Shown here: positions 9,782 through 20,465 of the stretch, in pieces | Position numbering within the stretch: the first letter of the stretch is position 1 | Layout of the letters: each line of letters opens with the position of its first letter | Origin: Phycisphaeraceae bacterium | GTDB lineage: Bacteria; Planctomycetota; Phycisphaerae; Phycisphaerales; Phycisphaeraceae | DNA length: 64,000 nt | Direction of reading: 5' to 3' | Assembly (NCBI GenBank): GCA_963674705.1 | Contig: OY771506.1 | Span: 256,001-320,000 of the forward strand | Notes under the pieces: generated by a model | What the model was told of the DNA's origin: nothing | Databases searched by the model: none | Seen by the model: only the letters and a program-made list of their open reading frames with translations | Program-made: the position numbers and the translations under genes

Positions 9782-12349
9782 ATGCGATTGTCTTTCAAAC
9801 ACCTGTGCCCAATCCTGCTGTTCACGCTTGCGCAAGTCATCCAACCAACCTGCGCGCAGACCGTCATCAACGTCCCCGACGACGATCTGCCCGAAGTCGT
9901 CAAGCCCGGACAGACACTGAACCTCTACGACCTGGGCCTATTAGAACAAGACCTCACCGTCCAGGCCTACGGCAATCTCAACATCTACGACGGATCCACA
10001 TCACACGACATCATCGCCGTGCCGCAGAGCACCATCAGTCTCTATGGTGGAACATTGAGAGAGATTGAGCCCTTCGATGACAACTCCGACGGACTAGACC
10101 ATGTCACCGTGAATGTCTACGGAGGTGATTCCTATTCAATGCAGGTCAAGATCGGTAGCGGCAGCGTCCTGAACGTCAGCGGCGGCATGCTCAACTCTTT
10201 CGATGCGTATGAAGGCAGCATCATCAATATCAGCGGCGGATACGCCGGTGACTTTGGCTGGCTGAAAAGCGGGAGCACCGTCAACATCACAGGCGGCGCA
10301 CTCGGCCCTATGTTCGATATCGATGAAGGCAGCACGATTAACTTGTTCGATGGTGAACTGCAGCACAGCAGTTACATCTATGGTCAACTGAACATGCAAG
10401 GTGGAGAACTCGGTGTCTACTCTGGTATCGGTAGTAACGGGTCCGCCATCATGTCCGGCGGACGATTCGGCGATCACTTCAAAACCACTCCCGATGCAAG
10501 CCTCACGCTCATCGGCAACAGCTTCATGCTCGACGGCGTACCCGTTGCCGGGCTCGACACCATCGGCAACACCGTCGACCTGAACATCCCGGAAGGCTCC
10601 ACACTCACCGGTTCACTCTCAGACGGCTCGGTCTTTATCATCAGCCCGACCATGGAAGACAAGATCGCCGACGGCACACTCACGCTGCAAGCCGGCACGA
10701 TCCCAACACAGACACACTACAACGTCCCAAGCGATCCCGCGCCATTTGGCCTGCTGCCCGGCCAATCCCTCACGCTCGCCGAGGGCGGTTCGATCGTCAA
10801 CTGCTTCGCCGCGGTCGACGCCACCATGAACATCACCGGCGGTGTTGCCGGCAGCTACATGGAATGGCTGAACTCGCAGGTCACCATCTCCGGCGGAGAA
10901 GTCCGCAGCTTCACCGCGATGCAAGGCACACACGTCGACATCCAGGGCGGCAACGTCACGCGCGCAACCTATCAACCCGGCACCAGTGCAACCATCAGCG
11001 GCGGTGCGGTGGGAAGCATGATTGTTGAAGCGGATTCACAAATCACAGTCACCGGCGGCGCTGCTTCCTACAATGGAAGCCTCAAAGTGCTGGCGGGCGG
11101 CGAAGTCGAATTCTTCGGCGGCAGCTTCGGCGGTCTGCGCCCCGAAGTCGGTGCAAGCATCACGCTCCACGGCGGGCAATTCATGGTCGACGGCGTCCCC
11201 ATCGAAGGGCTCGACTCGATCGGTGATTCCATCACCTATACCCCGACCGCCGACACCTACCTCACCGGCATCCTCGCCGACGGAACGGTCATCCTGATAG
11301 ACGGCAGCATGGGGACCGATTCGGCCCCACTCACACTCACGCGTGCCGCGATCCCGCAAGTAACACAACAGGTGTTCAACGTCCCCACGGACCCCGCGCC
11401 GCGCGGCCTGACCGCGGGGCAGAAAGCCTACATCTACGAGGGCGGAACGCTCGGCTACAACTTCGTCGCCATCGACGCCGATATCGAAGTACACGGCGGC
11501 AAAGTCAACGACAACCTGCGGTTGATCCGCACAGACCTGACCGTCACCGACGGCAGCCTCGGTGTCATCTACGCAGGTTACGACAGCCATCTCACCATAA
11601 CCGGTGGCCAAATCCAAGAACTCAACCTCTATGACGACACCAGCGCGGACATCTCAGGCGGTACGTTTGAATGGATTAGCCACCGCAGCCCGGGCGTTCT
11701 GCAGCTATCCGGAGATGTTACAGTAAGCCGACTTTTCTCCAGCAAAAGCAGTCAGACATACATCAACGGCGGCTCATATATAAACAATATCCGCGTTGCC
11801 CCCGAAGGCACACTCGTGATCGATGGCGGCACCATCGATGCGGACATAGCACTTAGTGACTTCAGCAAAGTGATCCTCAATGGCGGCACTGTCAACGGCT
11901 CAATTTACCACTACTACTATCCCTATGAAGTACAGATCACCGGCGGGATCATGAATGGTTACATATCGCTGATCGAAGGTGCAAAACTCACCATCAGCGG
12001 CGGTGAATTCAATGGCATCATTCACATCAGCGGGGGCGGTGAATACGATGACCTGCCCCGAATCGTCAACCTCATCGGCACTTCCTTCACACTCGACGGC
12101 ATCGATCTCACCGCCGACATGCTGCCCGGCGAAACACTGCTACTTACTGACAGAAACGCCATCCTCGAAGGCTTCCTCGCCGACGGCTCGCCCATCACAC
12201 TCGACATGACAATACCCACCCAATGGAGCTACGAAGACAACTATCTCCCCGAAGAATATGTCAACATCACCATCACCCTCGTCCCCGAACCCGCAACACT
12301 CCCCCTCTTCGCTCTCCCCCTGCTCTTAACTCCGAAGCACCGACGATAG
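9782..12349 (+). CDS. Large repetitive PEP-CTERM surface protein (probable beta-solenoid)
   Basis: Signal peptide; many (V/I)NIxGG repeats; three N(V/I)PxDPAP-led modules; C-terminus VPEPATLPLFALPLLLTPKHRR. Confidence 0.88.
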   Translation: MRLSFKHLCPILLFTLAQVIQPTCAQTVINVPDDDLPEVVKPGQTLNLYDLGLLEQDLTVQAYGNLNIYDGSTSHDIIAVPQSTISLYGGTLREIEPFDDNSDGLDHVTVNVYGGDSYSMQVKIGSGSVLNVSGGMLNSFDAYEGSIINISGGYAGDFGWLKSGSTVNITGGALGPMFDIDEGSTINLFDGELQHSSYIYGQLNMQGGELGVYSGIGSNGSAIMSGGRFGDHFKTTPDASLTLIGNSFMLDGVPVAGLDTIGNTVDLNIPEGSTLTGSLSDGSVFIISPTMEDKIADGTLTLQAGTIPTQTHYNVPSDPAPFGLLPGQSLTLAEGGSIVNCFAAVDATMNITGGVAGSYMEWLNSQVTISGGEVRSFTAMQGTHVDIQGGNVTRATYQPGTSATISGGAVGSMIVEADSQITVTGGAASYNGSLKVLAGGEVEFFGGSFGGLRPEVGASITLHGGQFMVDGVPIEGLDSIGDSITYTPTADTYLTGILADGTVILIDGSMGTDSAPLTLTRAAIPQVTQQVFNVPTDPAPRGLTAGQKAYIYEGGTLGYNFVAIDADIEVHGGKVNDNLRLIRTDLTVTDGSLGVIYAGYDSHLTITGGQIQELNLYDDTSADISGGTFEWISHRSPGVLQLSGDVTVSRLFSSKSSQTYINGGSYINNIRVAPEGTLVIDGGTIDADIALSDFSKVILNGGTVNGSIYHYYYPYEVQITGGIMNGYISLIEGAKLTISGGEFNGIIHISGGGEYDDLPRIVNLIGTSFTLDGIDLTADMLPGETLLLTDRNAILEGFLADGSPITLDMTIPTQWSYEDNYLPEEYVNITITLVPEPATLPLFALPLLLTPKHRR

Positions 12350-12505
12350 CTCAATCGATCTCAAAGCCCGGCCAGACACCCGGCGAAACCGCACGGCTTT
12401 GGAAGATGCTCTGCCATGCGACCGCCCCCCTGTTTCACAATGTCAAACCAGGTAAACCCGGCATCCAGACCCGCGTTAATTCGGAGCAAATAGTCATATT
12501 TTTGC

Positions 12506-12534
12506 TTGCCCAAATCGACAGCCTGAACTACATT
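12506..12534 (+). promoter_or_regulatory. Candidate sigma70-type promoter
   Basis: TTGCCC-17 bp-TACATT about 105 bp upstream of the 12641 start. Confidence 0.4.
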
Positions 12535-12640
12535 AGTCCTTATACCTTCTTAAATAGAGGGCCCGGAGGCGAGAGAGATCGGGTCGTGTTGTTCTTCTCC
12601 CAGCAGCACACATTGCTGCGCAGATAAGCCGGGCTTAAGC

Positions 12641-15600
12641 ATGCTAAAACCAAGTGGGGCAAGAATCGTTTTTGGGCTCTTGATGTGCCTATGCACTTTC
12701 ACAACAGGGTTGCCCGCCACAGCGCAATTCACCACCATCATCAACGTCCCGGAAGACCAACCCACTATCTCCGGCCAACTCGGATCAGACACACAACTGA
12801 ACCTGAGCGACGGCGGCTGGATTGGGGGTACCCTAAGAGCAGGCAATTCGGACGGCAGCAGCTCCAACATCGAGCTGAATCTCAACGGCGGTTATTCCGA
12901 ATCCCCGATTTACCTTTACAACAACAGCAGCGCCAATATCACCGCCGGTGACTTCTCTATCATCACCGCCTATACCAGCAGCTCCATCGACATCAGCGGC
13001 GGCTCAGTCAACGGCAGCCTTGTCATCCAGAACGGCAGTTCCGCAAACATCAGCGGCGGGTACGTCCCTATTCTCGCCGCGCAGGTCGGCAGCAGTGTCA
13101 ACCTGCATGCCAGCCAGTTTTATATTGATGGTGAACTTGTGACAGGCCTGGATACGATCGGCGACATCACCTCACTGAATGTGCCAAACGATTCACGCCT
13201 GGCTGTACTGTTCTCGGACGGCAACATCAGTCACTTCTACAAAGCCGGCGCCAGCAGCATCGCCGACGACACACTCACGCTGACACGCACCGCGTCACCG
13301 ACTTATTCACCCGTCATCAACCTGCCCGCCGATCCCGCTCCTCAAAACGCATACCCCGGACAGATCGTCAACATCAACGATGGCGGAGCACTTGGGTACC
13401 GTTTCTACGCGCTCGATGCCCAGATCAATCTCGACGGCGGATCGATCGACGAACGTTTCACCGCCGATGCCGGCACCGTCGTGACGATCAACAGCGGTGA
13501 ACTTGGCAGGAACGCTACGTTCTATGAAAACACCACCCTCAACCTTAACGGCGGCCAGGTTAATGCAAACTTCACCGCAGGCGCCGGCAGCACGATCAAC
13601 CTCAACGACGGCTACATCGCGAGCAACTTCGAGGCGCTTCCCGGCAGCACACTCAACATCGCAGGCGGCGATATCAACAACAATGCCGCCGCCCATGAAG
13701 GCAGCACCGTCAACTTTATCGGCAGCCGCTTTTACATCGCCGGCCAACCCGTCACCGGATTGCAAAACGTCGGCGACAGCATGGCTATTGATCTTTCCGG
13801 CTATAACGCAAAGGGCATCACCGCCATCCTCGCCGATGGATCGGTCGAACAATTCAACAACATGCAGTCTTCCTTCCAGGCGCCGCTGGCAAACTTCAAC
13901 GTCGTCCTCTCAGAACCGCTCAACGCCCCGAGCGTGATCAATATCCCCAATGACCCCGCGCCGAAGGGACTATACCCCGGACAGACACTCAACCTCTACG
14001 ACGGCGGCTCGTTATCAGGAATACATATGGTCGAATCGACCATGAATATCCACGGCGGCTACGTCGCGAGTCTTCTCTCCGCGGAAATCGACAGCACCGT
14101 CAACATCACCGGTGGCGAGGTCGTCAGGTTGACCGCGGCCTATCGAACCACCGTCAACATCAGTGATGCAAATGTGCATTATGTAGACGCTTCGGGCGAT
14201 GGCACTTCCGTCACGATCAGCAGCGGCGAATTCACAAGCATCGAGGCACGCAGCGGTAGCCTCATCGATATCAGCGGCGGCGACATCGGCAGCATCACCG
14301 GTGAATCCGGCACGCCTGATACCGTGTTCAACCTCCGCGGCGGACATATCTCCGGCGAAATCGAGGGCCACTCCTCCAGCGTTTTCAATATCTACGGCGG
14401 CGAGTTCTATTACAACGGCCTGCCCGTTCAAGGCCTCGATAACATCGGCGACAGCGTCACGCTCGATCTGTACAACAACCAACTGGTCGCAACACTCTCC
14501 GACGGCACGATACGCGCCTTCGGCTATTACCACAACGACAAGCTGCAATCCAGCACCGTCACGATCGTCAAGGCAGACGTACCCGCTGCAGACACCACAC
14601 CCATCAACGTCCCCGCAGAGCCCGCGCCTAACGGCCTGCGCCCCGGCCAAACACTCAACCTCTCCGGCGGCGAGACTCTCCCCCGATACTTCACTCTCGC
14701 CGGCGCGACACTCAACATCGAAGACGGAAACACCAACTACAACCTGATCGCTCAGGCCGGCAGCACCATCAACTTCGAAAACGGCACCATCGATACAGGC
14801 TCCTACCTCACACAAAACAGCACGCTGAATATGACCGGCGGCATCGTGGAAAGACAATTCCGCATCATCAACAGCACGTTTAACTTCCATGGCGGGACTA
14901 TCCGCAGCGGTGACCCACCGCCCACACCGGGATGCTACACATGCTCCGTCACCGGTGCCTCCGCAAACGACAGCGTCATCAACATCACCGGCGGCGAGGT
15001 CGGCGGGTACTTCCTCGCTTACTCAAACAATCAGATCAACGTCAGCGGCGGCTATATCCGCGGCGGCTTCACGCTCTACGGCGAGAACAACCAACTGAAC
15101 ATCACCGGCGGAACCTTCAAAGACGAACTCATTGTCGATCAGACCAACTCCGCCAACATCTCCGGAGGCGTGCTGGACAGCCTCTGCGTTTATGACGGGG
15201 GGACCGTGCACCTCAGCGGCGGACAAGTCAAACGCGGCGTGCAAGTCTCCACAGACGGCAACTTCCACTACTCCGGCGGCAACATCAGTTCTGCCTTGAT
15301 AGCCGAAACCGGCAGCAACGTACAAATCAGCGCCGAAGCTTTCTACCTGGACGGCATCCCCGTCGCGGGCCTGGTTGCCCCGGGAGACTCCGCCCCCCTT
15401 AACATCCCCGTCGGCTCGCACCTGACCATGCTCTTCTCCGATGGGACGGCGCACATGCTCGATGCCTCCAAAAATGACAGCATCGCCGACGGCTCATTAA
15501 CGCTGAACCTGCTTACCCCGACCACTCACAATTACACCTTCAACGTCCCGACCGATACCGCACCGAGTGGCATCGGGCCGGGCAGCACGCTTAATCTCTA

Positions 15601-16387
15601 TGATGGCGGCGTATTGGCCGAAAACTTCCTCGCCTTCGGCGCAAACGTCAACATCACCGGCGGTGAAGTCGAAGACAACTTCTACGCCGACGGGGCCTCC
15701 ACCGTCAATATCAGCGGCGGGACCGTGTACGGCAACATGACCGCGTTCAGCGGCAGCACGCTCAACGTGTACAACGACGCCCGGCTGCTCGATGCTACCG
15801 CTAACAGCCAGAGTGTAGTAAACGTCTTCGGCGGACAACTGGGAACCATCCAGACCGGACAAGGCGTAACGATCAATATACACGACGGCGTGGTCGGCCC
15901 CATCACCAACCTCGCAGAGGACAGCGTAGTCAACATCACCGGCGGACTCATCGGCTCGCTATTCGAAGGCAGCATCACCGCGCTTTCTAGCAATACCGTT
16001 AATATCCTTGGCGGTGTATTCCAATCAGTAGTGGGCGCCGACAACACCATGAACGCATACGCCGGCAGCACCATCAACATCATCGGCACATCCTTCACCC
16101 TCGACGGTGTCGATCTCACCGACAGCATGATCCCCGGTGAAAAACTCACCATCACCGACCGCGACGTCCTGTTGCAAGGCATCCTCGCCGACGGCTCAAC
16201 GTTCTACTTCCTCATCAATTCCGAAGAAGTCACCGTACCCAACATGGTCTTCGGACAATACTACGGCGGCGGCCACTACATCGACCCCGACGCCACTCTC
16301 ACCATCGCCCTCGTCCCCGAACCGGCCACACTGCTTCTACTTTCCGCCGGCGCATTAAGCCTGCTGCATCGCCAACGCCTCTCCTGA
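12641..16387 (+). CDS. Large repetitive PEP-CTERM surface protein (probable beta-solenoid)
   Basis: Signal peptide; five modules like those of 9782-12349; C-terminus VPEPATLLLLSAGALSLLHRQRLS. Confidence 0.9.
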   Translation: MLKPSGARIVFGLLMCLCTFTTGLPATAQFTTIINVPEDQPTISGQLGSDTQLNLSDGGWIGGTLRAGNSDGSSSNIELNLNGGYSESPIYLYNNSSANITAGDFSIITAYTSSSIDISGGSVNGSLVIQNGSSANISGGYVPILAAQVGSSVNLHASQFYIDGELVTGLDTIGDITSLNVPNDSRLAVLFSDGNISHFYKAGASSIADDTLTLTRTASPTYSPVINLPADPAPQNAYPGQIVNINDGGALGYRFYALDAQINLDGGSIDERFTADAGTVVTINSGELGRNATFYENTTLNLNGGQVNANFTAGAGSTINLNDGYIASNFEALPGSTLNIAGGDINNNAAAHEGSTVNFIGSRFYIAGQPVTGLQNVGDSMAIDLSGYNAKGITAILADGSVEQFNNMQSSFQAPLANFNVVLSEPLNAPSVINIPNDPAPKGLYPGQTLNLYDGGSLSGIHMVESTMNIHGGYVASLLSAEIDSTVNITGGEVVRLTAAYRTTVNISDANVHYVDASGDGTSVTISSGEFTSIEARSGSLIDISGGDIGSITGESGTPDTVFNLRGGHISGEIEGHSSSVFNIYGGEFYYNGLPVQGLDNIGDSVTLDLYNNQLVATLSDGTIRAFGYYHNDKLQSSTVTIVKADVPAADTTPINVPAEPAPNGLRPGQTLNLSGGETLPRYFTLAGATLNIEDGNTNYNLIAQAGSTINFENGTIDTGSYLTQNSTLNMTGGIVERQFRIINSTFNFHGGTIRSGDPPPTPGCYTCSVTGASANDSVINITGGEVGGYFLAYSNNQINVSGGYIRGGFTLYGENNQLNITGGTFKDELIVDQTNSANISGGVLDSLCVYDGGTVHLSGGQVKRGVQVSTDGNFHYSGGNISSALIAETGSNVQISAEAFYLDGIPVAGLVAPGDSAPLNIPVGSHLTMLFSDGTAHMLDASKNDSIADGSLTLNLLTPTTHNYTFNVPTDTAPSGIGPGSTLNLYDGGVLAENFLAFGANVNITGGEVEDNFYADGASTVNISGGTVYGNMTAFSGSTLNVYNDARLLDATANSQSVVNVFGGQLGTIQTGQGVTINIHDGVVGPITNLAEDSVVNITGGLIGSLFEGSITALSSNTVNILGGVFQSVVGADNTMNAYAGSTINIIGTSFTLDGVDLTDSMIPGEKLTITDRDVLLQGILADGSTFYFLINSEEVTVPNMVFGQYYGGGHYIDPDATLTIALVPEPATLLLLSAGALSLLHRQRLS

Positions 16388-16418
16388 CCCCCCTTCGCGC
16401 CTTCGCGGTTCAACCCAT

Positions 16419-16452
16419 AAAAAAATAACCCCGCGCTTCCGCACGGGGCTAG
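16419..16452 (-). terminator. Probable terminator of rpsB-tsf
   Basis: A-tract plus GC stem CCCCGCGC-ttcc-GCACGGGG between convergent genes. Confidence 0.55.
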
Positions 16453-16510
16453 TTGATGTTTCAATTGTTCGATCAAGCGGAAGAATACTTCCGGGAATAA
16501 CTTCCGGGGG

Positions 16511-17317
16511 TTACCCACCCACCTGATACCGCACGAACTGCTTGATCGTCGTGCCCTTCGGCAGCAGGTCTTTGATCTGCTTCTTGTCGTCCTTCACGAA
16601 CGGCTGACGGGTCAGTACGACCGAGTCAAGGTACTTGCGGATCTTGCCTTCGACCATCTTCTCGGCAATCTCTTCCGGCTTGCCGGATTCCATCGCCTGG
16701 GCCTTGGCGATCTCGCGTTCCTTGGCGATGATGTCCGCGGGCACTTCGTCTTCATTCACACCGAGCGGCGAGGGGCTCACCGCCGAGATGTGCATGCACA
16801 GGTCTTTGAGCAGTTCAGCGCTGGCTTCACCTTCGACTTCCACGAGCACCGCGATCTTGCCGGTGAAGTGCACGTACGAACCGACCTTGCCGCTGCTGGT
16901 CGCGTAGACCTTGCCCTTGGCAAACTGTGCGTTTTCCTTCGTGGTCAGACGGATCTCGTCGATCAGGCCCTGCATCGCATCGGTCTTCTCGACGTCGCCG
17001 GCGTCCTGCTCAAGCGCCAGGTCGGCGATCGCTTTGGTCATCACGATGAACGCTTCGTTGGAAGCGGTGAAGTCGGTCTCTGTGTTGACCTCGACGATCG
17101 CGCCCTTGCTGCCGTCGGCTGCAACAGCGACTGCAACCTTGCCCTCGGCGCTGGCGCGGTCGGTCCGACCGTCCATCTTCGCCAGGCCCTTGGTGCGAAG
17201 GATATCCGTCGCCTTCTGCATGTCGCCGCCGGCTTCTTCCAGCGCAGCCTTGGCTTCCATCATCCCAAGACCCGTCGCCTTGCGAAGGGTCATTACGTCC
17301 TTGGCGGAAATCGCCAT
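16511..17317 (-). CDS. tsf: Translation elongation factor Ts
   Basis: ISAKDVMTLRKATGLGMMEAK, NTETDF, KMVEGKIRK; follows rpsB. Confidence 0.97.
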   Translation of the reverse strand: MAISAKDVMTLRKATGLGMMEAKAALEEAGGDMQKATDILRTKGLAKMDGRTDRASAEGKVAVAVAADGSKGAIVEVNTETDFTASNEAFIVMTKAIADLALEQDAGDVEKTDAMQGLIDEIRLTTKENAQFAKGKVYATSSGKVGSYVHFTGKIAVLVEVEGEASAELLKDLCMHISAVSPSPLGVNEDEVPADIIAKEREIAKAQAMESGKPEEIAEKMVEGKIRKYLDSVVLTRQPFVKDDKKQIKDLLPKGTTIKQFVRYQVGG

Positions 17318-17495
17318 GGTCTTATCTCTCCGTTATCAATCGGGTGAATAGTTAACCGAGACTAAGGCCGCACTCATACTGCCCCGTAACGCCTCGTATC
17401 GTCGTCTAACGTATGTTTACGTATGCTTGTCTTTCATTGCCGCAAAGCGACGCTTTGCGGGCGGTAACGCTATGCATCACCAAACCATCGCGACC

Positions 17496-18332
17496 TTACC
17501 CCTGCTTGTCAGCAGCGGCGGCGGCGGGCTCGGGGGAGCCGCCTGCGTCACCACTCGGCGATGAGTCGTCCGCACGGTACTGCGATCGGCTGCTGCGGCG
17601 ACGCGGCGGCTCGGCCGGGCTGTCGCTGTCCTTGCCTTCGTTCAGCGCCGTTCGGCTGGTCTTGCCTTCCTGAACCGCGGCACACAAACTCGATATCACC
17701 ACCTCGATCGCACGCATCGCATCGTCATTACCCGGGATCGGGATGTCAGCGAAGTCAGGATCGGAATCGGTATCGATCAAACACACGGTCGGGATGCCCA
17801 GCTTGCGAGCTTCCTTCACCGCGTTCAGTTCGTTGCTCACATCCACCACGACCATGCAGCCGGGCAGCTTGTTCATTCGGCGGATGCCTTCGAGGTTCCG
17901 CAGGATCTTCGACTTCTCGCGGCGGAGTTGCGACTCCATCTTCTTGGAGTAGTTATCGATCTCGCCGGATTCTTCGATCCGTTCCAGTTCCTCCAGCCGC
18001 TTGAGACGTTCACGGATGGTGCGGAAGTTGGTCAGCGTGCCACCCAGCCACCGCTCGGTGACGTAGTGCATACCGGTCTCGGTGACGTATTTTTCGATGA
18101 TGCCGCGTGCCTGGCGCTTGGTCCCGACAAACAGGACGTCCTTGCCGCCGGCCACGGTCTTGGTGACGAACTTCCGAGCCAGCAGCAGGCCCTTGATCGT
18201 CTCTTTGACATCGATGATGTGGATCTTGTTGCGTTTGCCGAAGATGTAAGGGGCCATCTTCGGATTCCAGTTCGTCGAACGGTGGCCGAAGTGAATACCC
18301 GCTTCGACCAAATCTTTAACCAGCGATGCCAT
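17496..18332 (-). CDS. rpsB: 30S ribosomal protein S2
   Basis: [30 protein letters not shown]. Confidence 0.98.
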   Translation of the reverse strand: MASLVKDLVEAGIHFGHRSTNWNPKMAPYIFGKRNKIHIIDVKETIKGLLLARKFVTKTVAGGKDVLFVGTKRQARGIIEKYVTETGMHYVTERWLGGTLTNFRTIRERLKRLEELERIEESGEIDNYSKKMESQLRREKSKILRNLEGIRRMNKLPGCMVVVDVSNELNAVKEARKLGIPTVCLIDTDSDPDFADIPIPGNDDAMRAIEVVISSLCAAVQEGKTSRTALNEGKDSDSPAEPPRRRSSRSQYRADDSSPSGDAGGSPEPAAAAADKQG

Positions 18333-18851
18333 TGCTAGGACTCCTTGGACAGGCTTGCCAAATCGAGCCTATCCGCCATGTTTAAAAAAAGAATCTGGGA
18401 AAAACACACCCAACGGGGCCTGCCGGGCCTCCGCCGGACAACGATTCGGTCGGCATCCTGCCGACCCTAAGTGCTTGCCTATACCGTGTTTGCTTGCCGC
18501 CCCTGCCACCCGGTCCCCTCGATCAAACCGGCGCAAACAACGAGCCCCCTAGAATCAATCCAAGGGGAGTTATTGTATCAGCATCGGTTGGACCTGCAAC
18601 TGAAGGCCCAAACACCCCTATTGCCCCCCAAAAACCTGCAAATGATGATCTAATTACCACTTGTAGGTCAGAACCACCCCCTCTATGGCGGGTCCATACC
18701 CGCAGCAGTCTGCCTCGCCCAGCACACATTCGATGGGATGGCAGTCCTTTCAGACCCTAAGCACCCACAGGCAGGTAATCGACATCGATATGAATTACAC
18801 CCCGGCATTTGTCAGGCCTTTTTAAATACACGCAATGTCAGCCCCGCTGGT

Positions 18852-20309
18852 TCATTGCTCGGACTTGAAGCTCGCACCGTTGTCAGGCGGCATGGATTGA
18901 TGCCACGTCAGTAACATCCGCGTCAGCCGTTTTGTGATCTCGGGCTGCTCATCAGCAAGATTGCGTGTTTCCTCACGGTCAGCTTCCAGGTCGTACAACT
19001 CTGGTAGCGATCCGTCGTATTCACAAAGCAGTTTCCATCGGTCGTCACGAACAGCCAAATCAGGCAGATCGCCTTCTCTGCGAGCACTGGGTCGATCCGG
19101 TGGGCGTGTGAAAAAGAGGGGCCCTTCACGCGATGCGCCAGACCTGCCCAGCAAGACATCCGGTAACGCTTCGCCGTCGAACCGAACCCCCGCAGGAAAC
19201 TCAACACCAGCGACTTCAAGCAGGGTCGGCACAAGGTCCATCGCTGCAAAAAACGACTGTTCGTTGACCGTCCCCTCTTGGCCCTCCTGGATAAAGCCTG
19301 GCCCCCAGACGACCAACGGCGAACGGATGCCCCCCTCATACAGCATCGTCTTGTTGCCACGGAACGGGCCGGCAGAACCCGCACCCCCTTCCGGGCCGTT
19401 ATCCGAACAGATCACGATCAGCGTGTTGTCTCGCAGTGACGCATCGTCCGTGATCCTCTTGAACAACACCTGCAACTGCTGATCCATGGTTTGAAGCACA
19501 CCGAGGTATCGCTGCTGTTTCGAGCCGTCACCACGCTGCGCTTTGGGCGGGAAGAAAGGCGAATGCACATCGTCCGGCCAGACGTTGATGTAAAAAGGCT
19601 TCCGGTCGGCGACCGCTTTATCAATGAAAGCAACCGCCGCTTCGACGAATGCAGCGGTCACCTTGTCACGCTGCTCCCAGTGGATCGGGCCTTGACCGAG
19701 CTGATCCGAACCCAGCGCATGCGGTTTGGCGGGTTTGCCGTCATACGCATCGAGCAAGGGCAGCACGCGCGGCCCAAGCCCCTCGAAGTTGGTCAACGAC
19801 TCATCAAAACCATACCGCCCAATCAATGGTGCTTCGCCCACATCTCGCTGCCCACCCATATGCCATTTGCCGAAGTGCCCGGTGGCGTAACCTGCATCGT
19901 GAAGCATGCGCGCGAGCATCGGTGCATCTGGATTCAGCCACTGTGCGATCCCTCGCCGATCGTTGAGTTCCCGTTCGGCCAGGTATGAGGTAATCCGCCA
20001 ACGGTTCGGATACTGCCCGGTGGAAATCGCAACACGTGAAGGCGAGCAGATAGGCGCGTTGACATAAAATTGTTCAAATCGCAATCCTTCAGCAGCCAAC
20101 CGGTCAATATTTGGCGTCTCTGCCTTACGGTTCCCGAAGCAGGAAAAGTCACCCCACCCCATGTCGTCGACAAAGACAAGAACAATGTTCGGTCTCACCC
20201 GTGTGAGCTCCGCCGATACAACTCGGCAAGGCACAAGCATGACACCCACAGACAGGGTCACAAACCAAAACAAACGAGTGATGGATTCCTGCATGGCGGT
20301 CGGTTTCAT
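18852..20309 (-). CDS. Sulfatase (S1, Cys-type)
   Basis: RPNIVLVFVDDMGWGD, CSPSR (CxPxR), GKWHMG, SDNG, YEGGIRSP. Confidence 0.93.
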   Translation of the reverse strand: MKPTAMQESITRLFWFVTLSVGVMLVPCRVVSAELTRVRPNIVLVFVDDMGWGDFSCFGNRKAETPNIDRLAAEGLRFEQFYVNAPICSPSRVAISTGQYPNRWRITSYLAERELNDRRGIAQWLNPDAPMLARMLHDAGYATGHFGKWHMGGQRDVGEAPLIGRYGFDESLTNFEGLGPRVLPLLDAYDGKPAKPHALGSDQLGQGPIHWEQRDKVTAAFVEAAVAFIDKAVADRKPFYINVWPDDVHSPFFPPKAQRGDGSKQQRYLGVLQTMDQQLQVLFKRITDDASLRDNTLIVICSDNGPEGGAGSAGPFRGNKTMLYEGGIRSPLVVWGPGFIQEGQEGTVNEQSFFAAMDLVPTLLEVAGVEFPAGVRFDGEALPDVLLGRSGASREGPLFFTRPPDRPSARREGDLPDLAVRDDRWKLLCEYDGSLPELYDLEADREETRNLADEQPEITKRLTRMLLTWHQSMPPDNGASFKSEQ

Positions 20310-20465
20310 GATGATGCTTCGATTGTGATGTGGCCTGTCGGATCAGTGTCACAGGGTACGTAAGCACAATTGTACCCATACTTGATGGCACTTAAATCAC
20401 ACGCAATCCAACTCACTGCGGCGGATAGGCTATTTGATGTCAGATGACTGAATACCGCGACTTAT

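Noticed and set aside
18333..18850. rpsB leader RNA or other ncRNA
   Set aside because: Some hairpins are present but no structure I can assign without a covariance-model search
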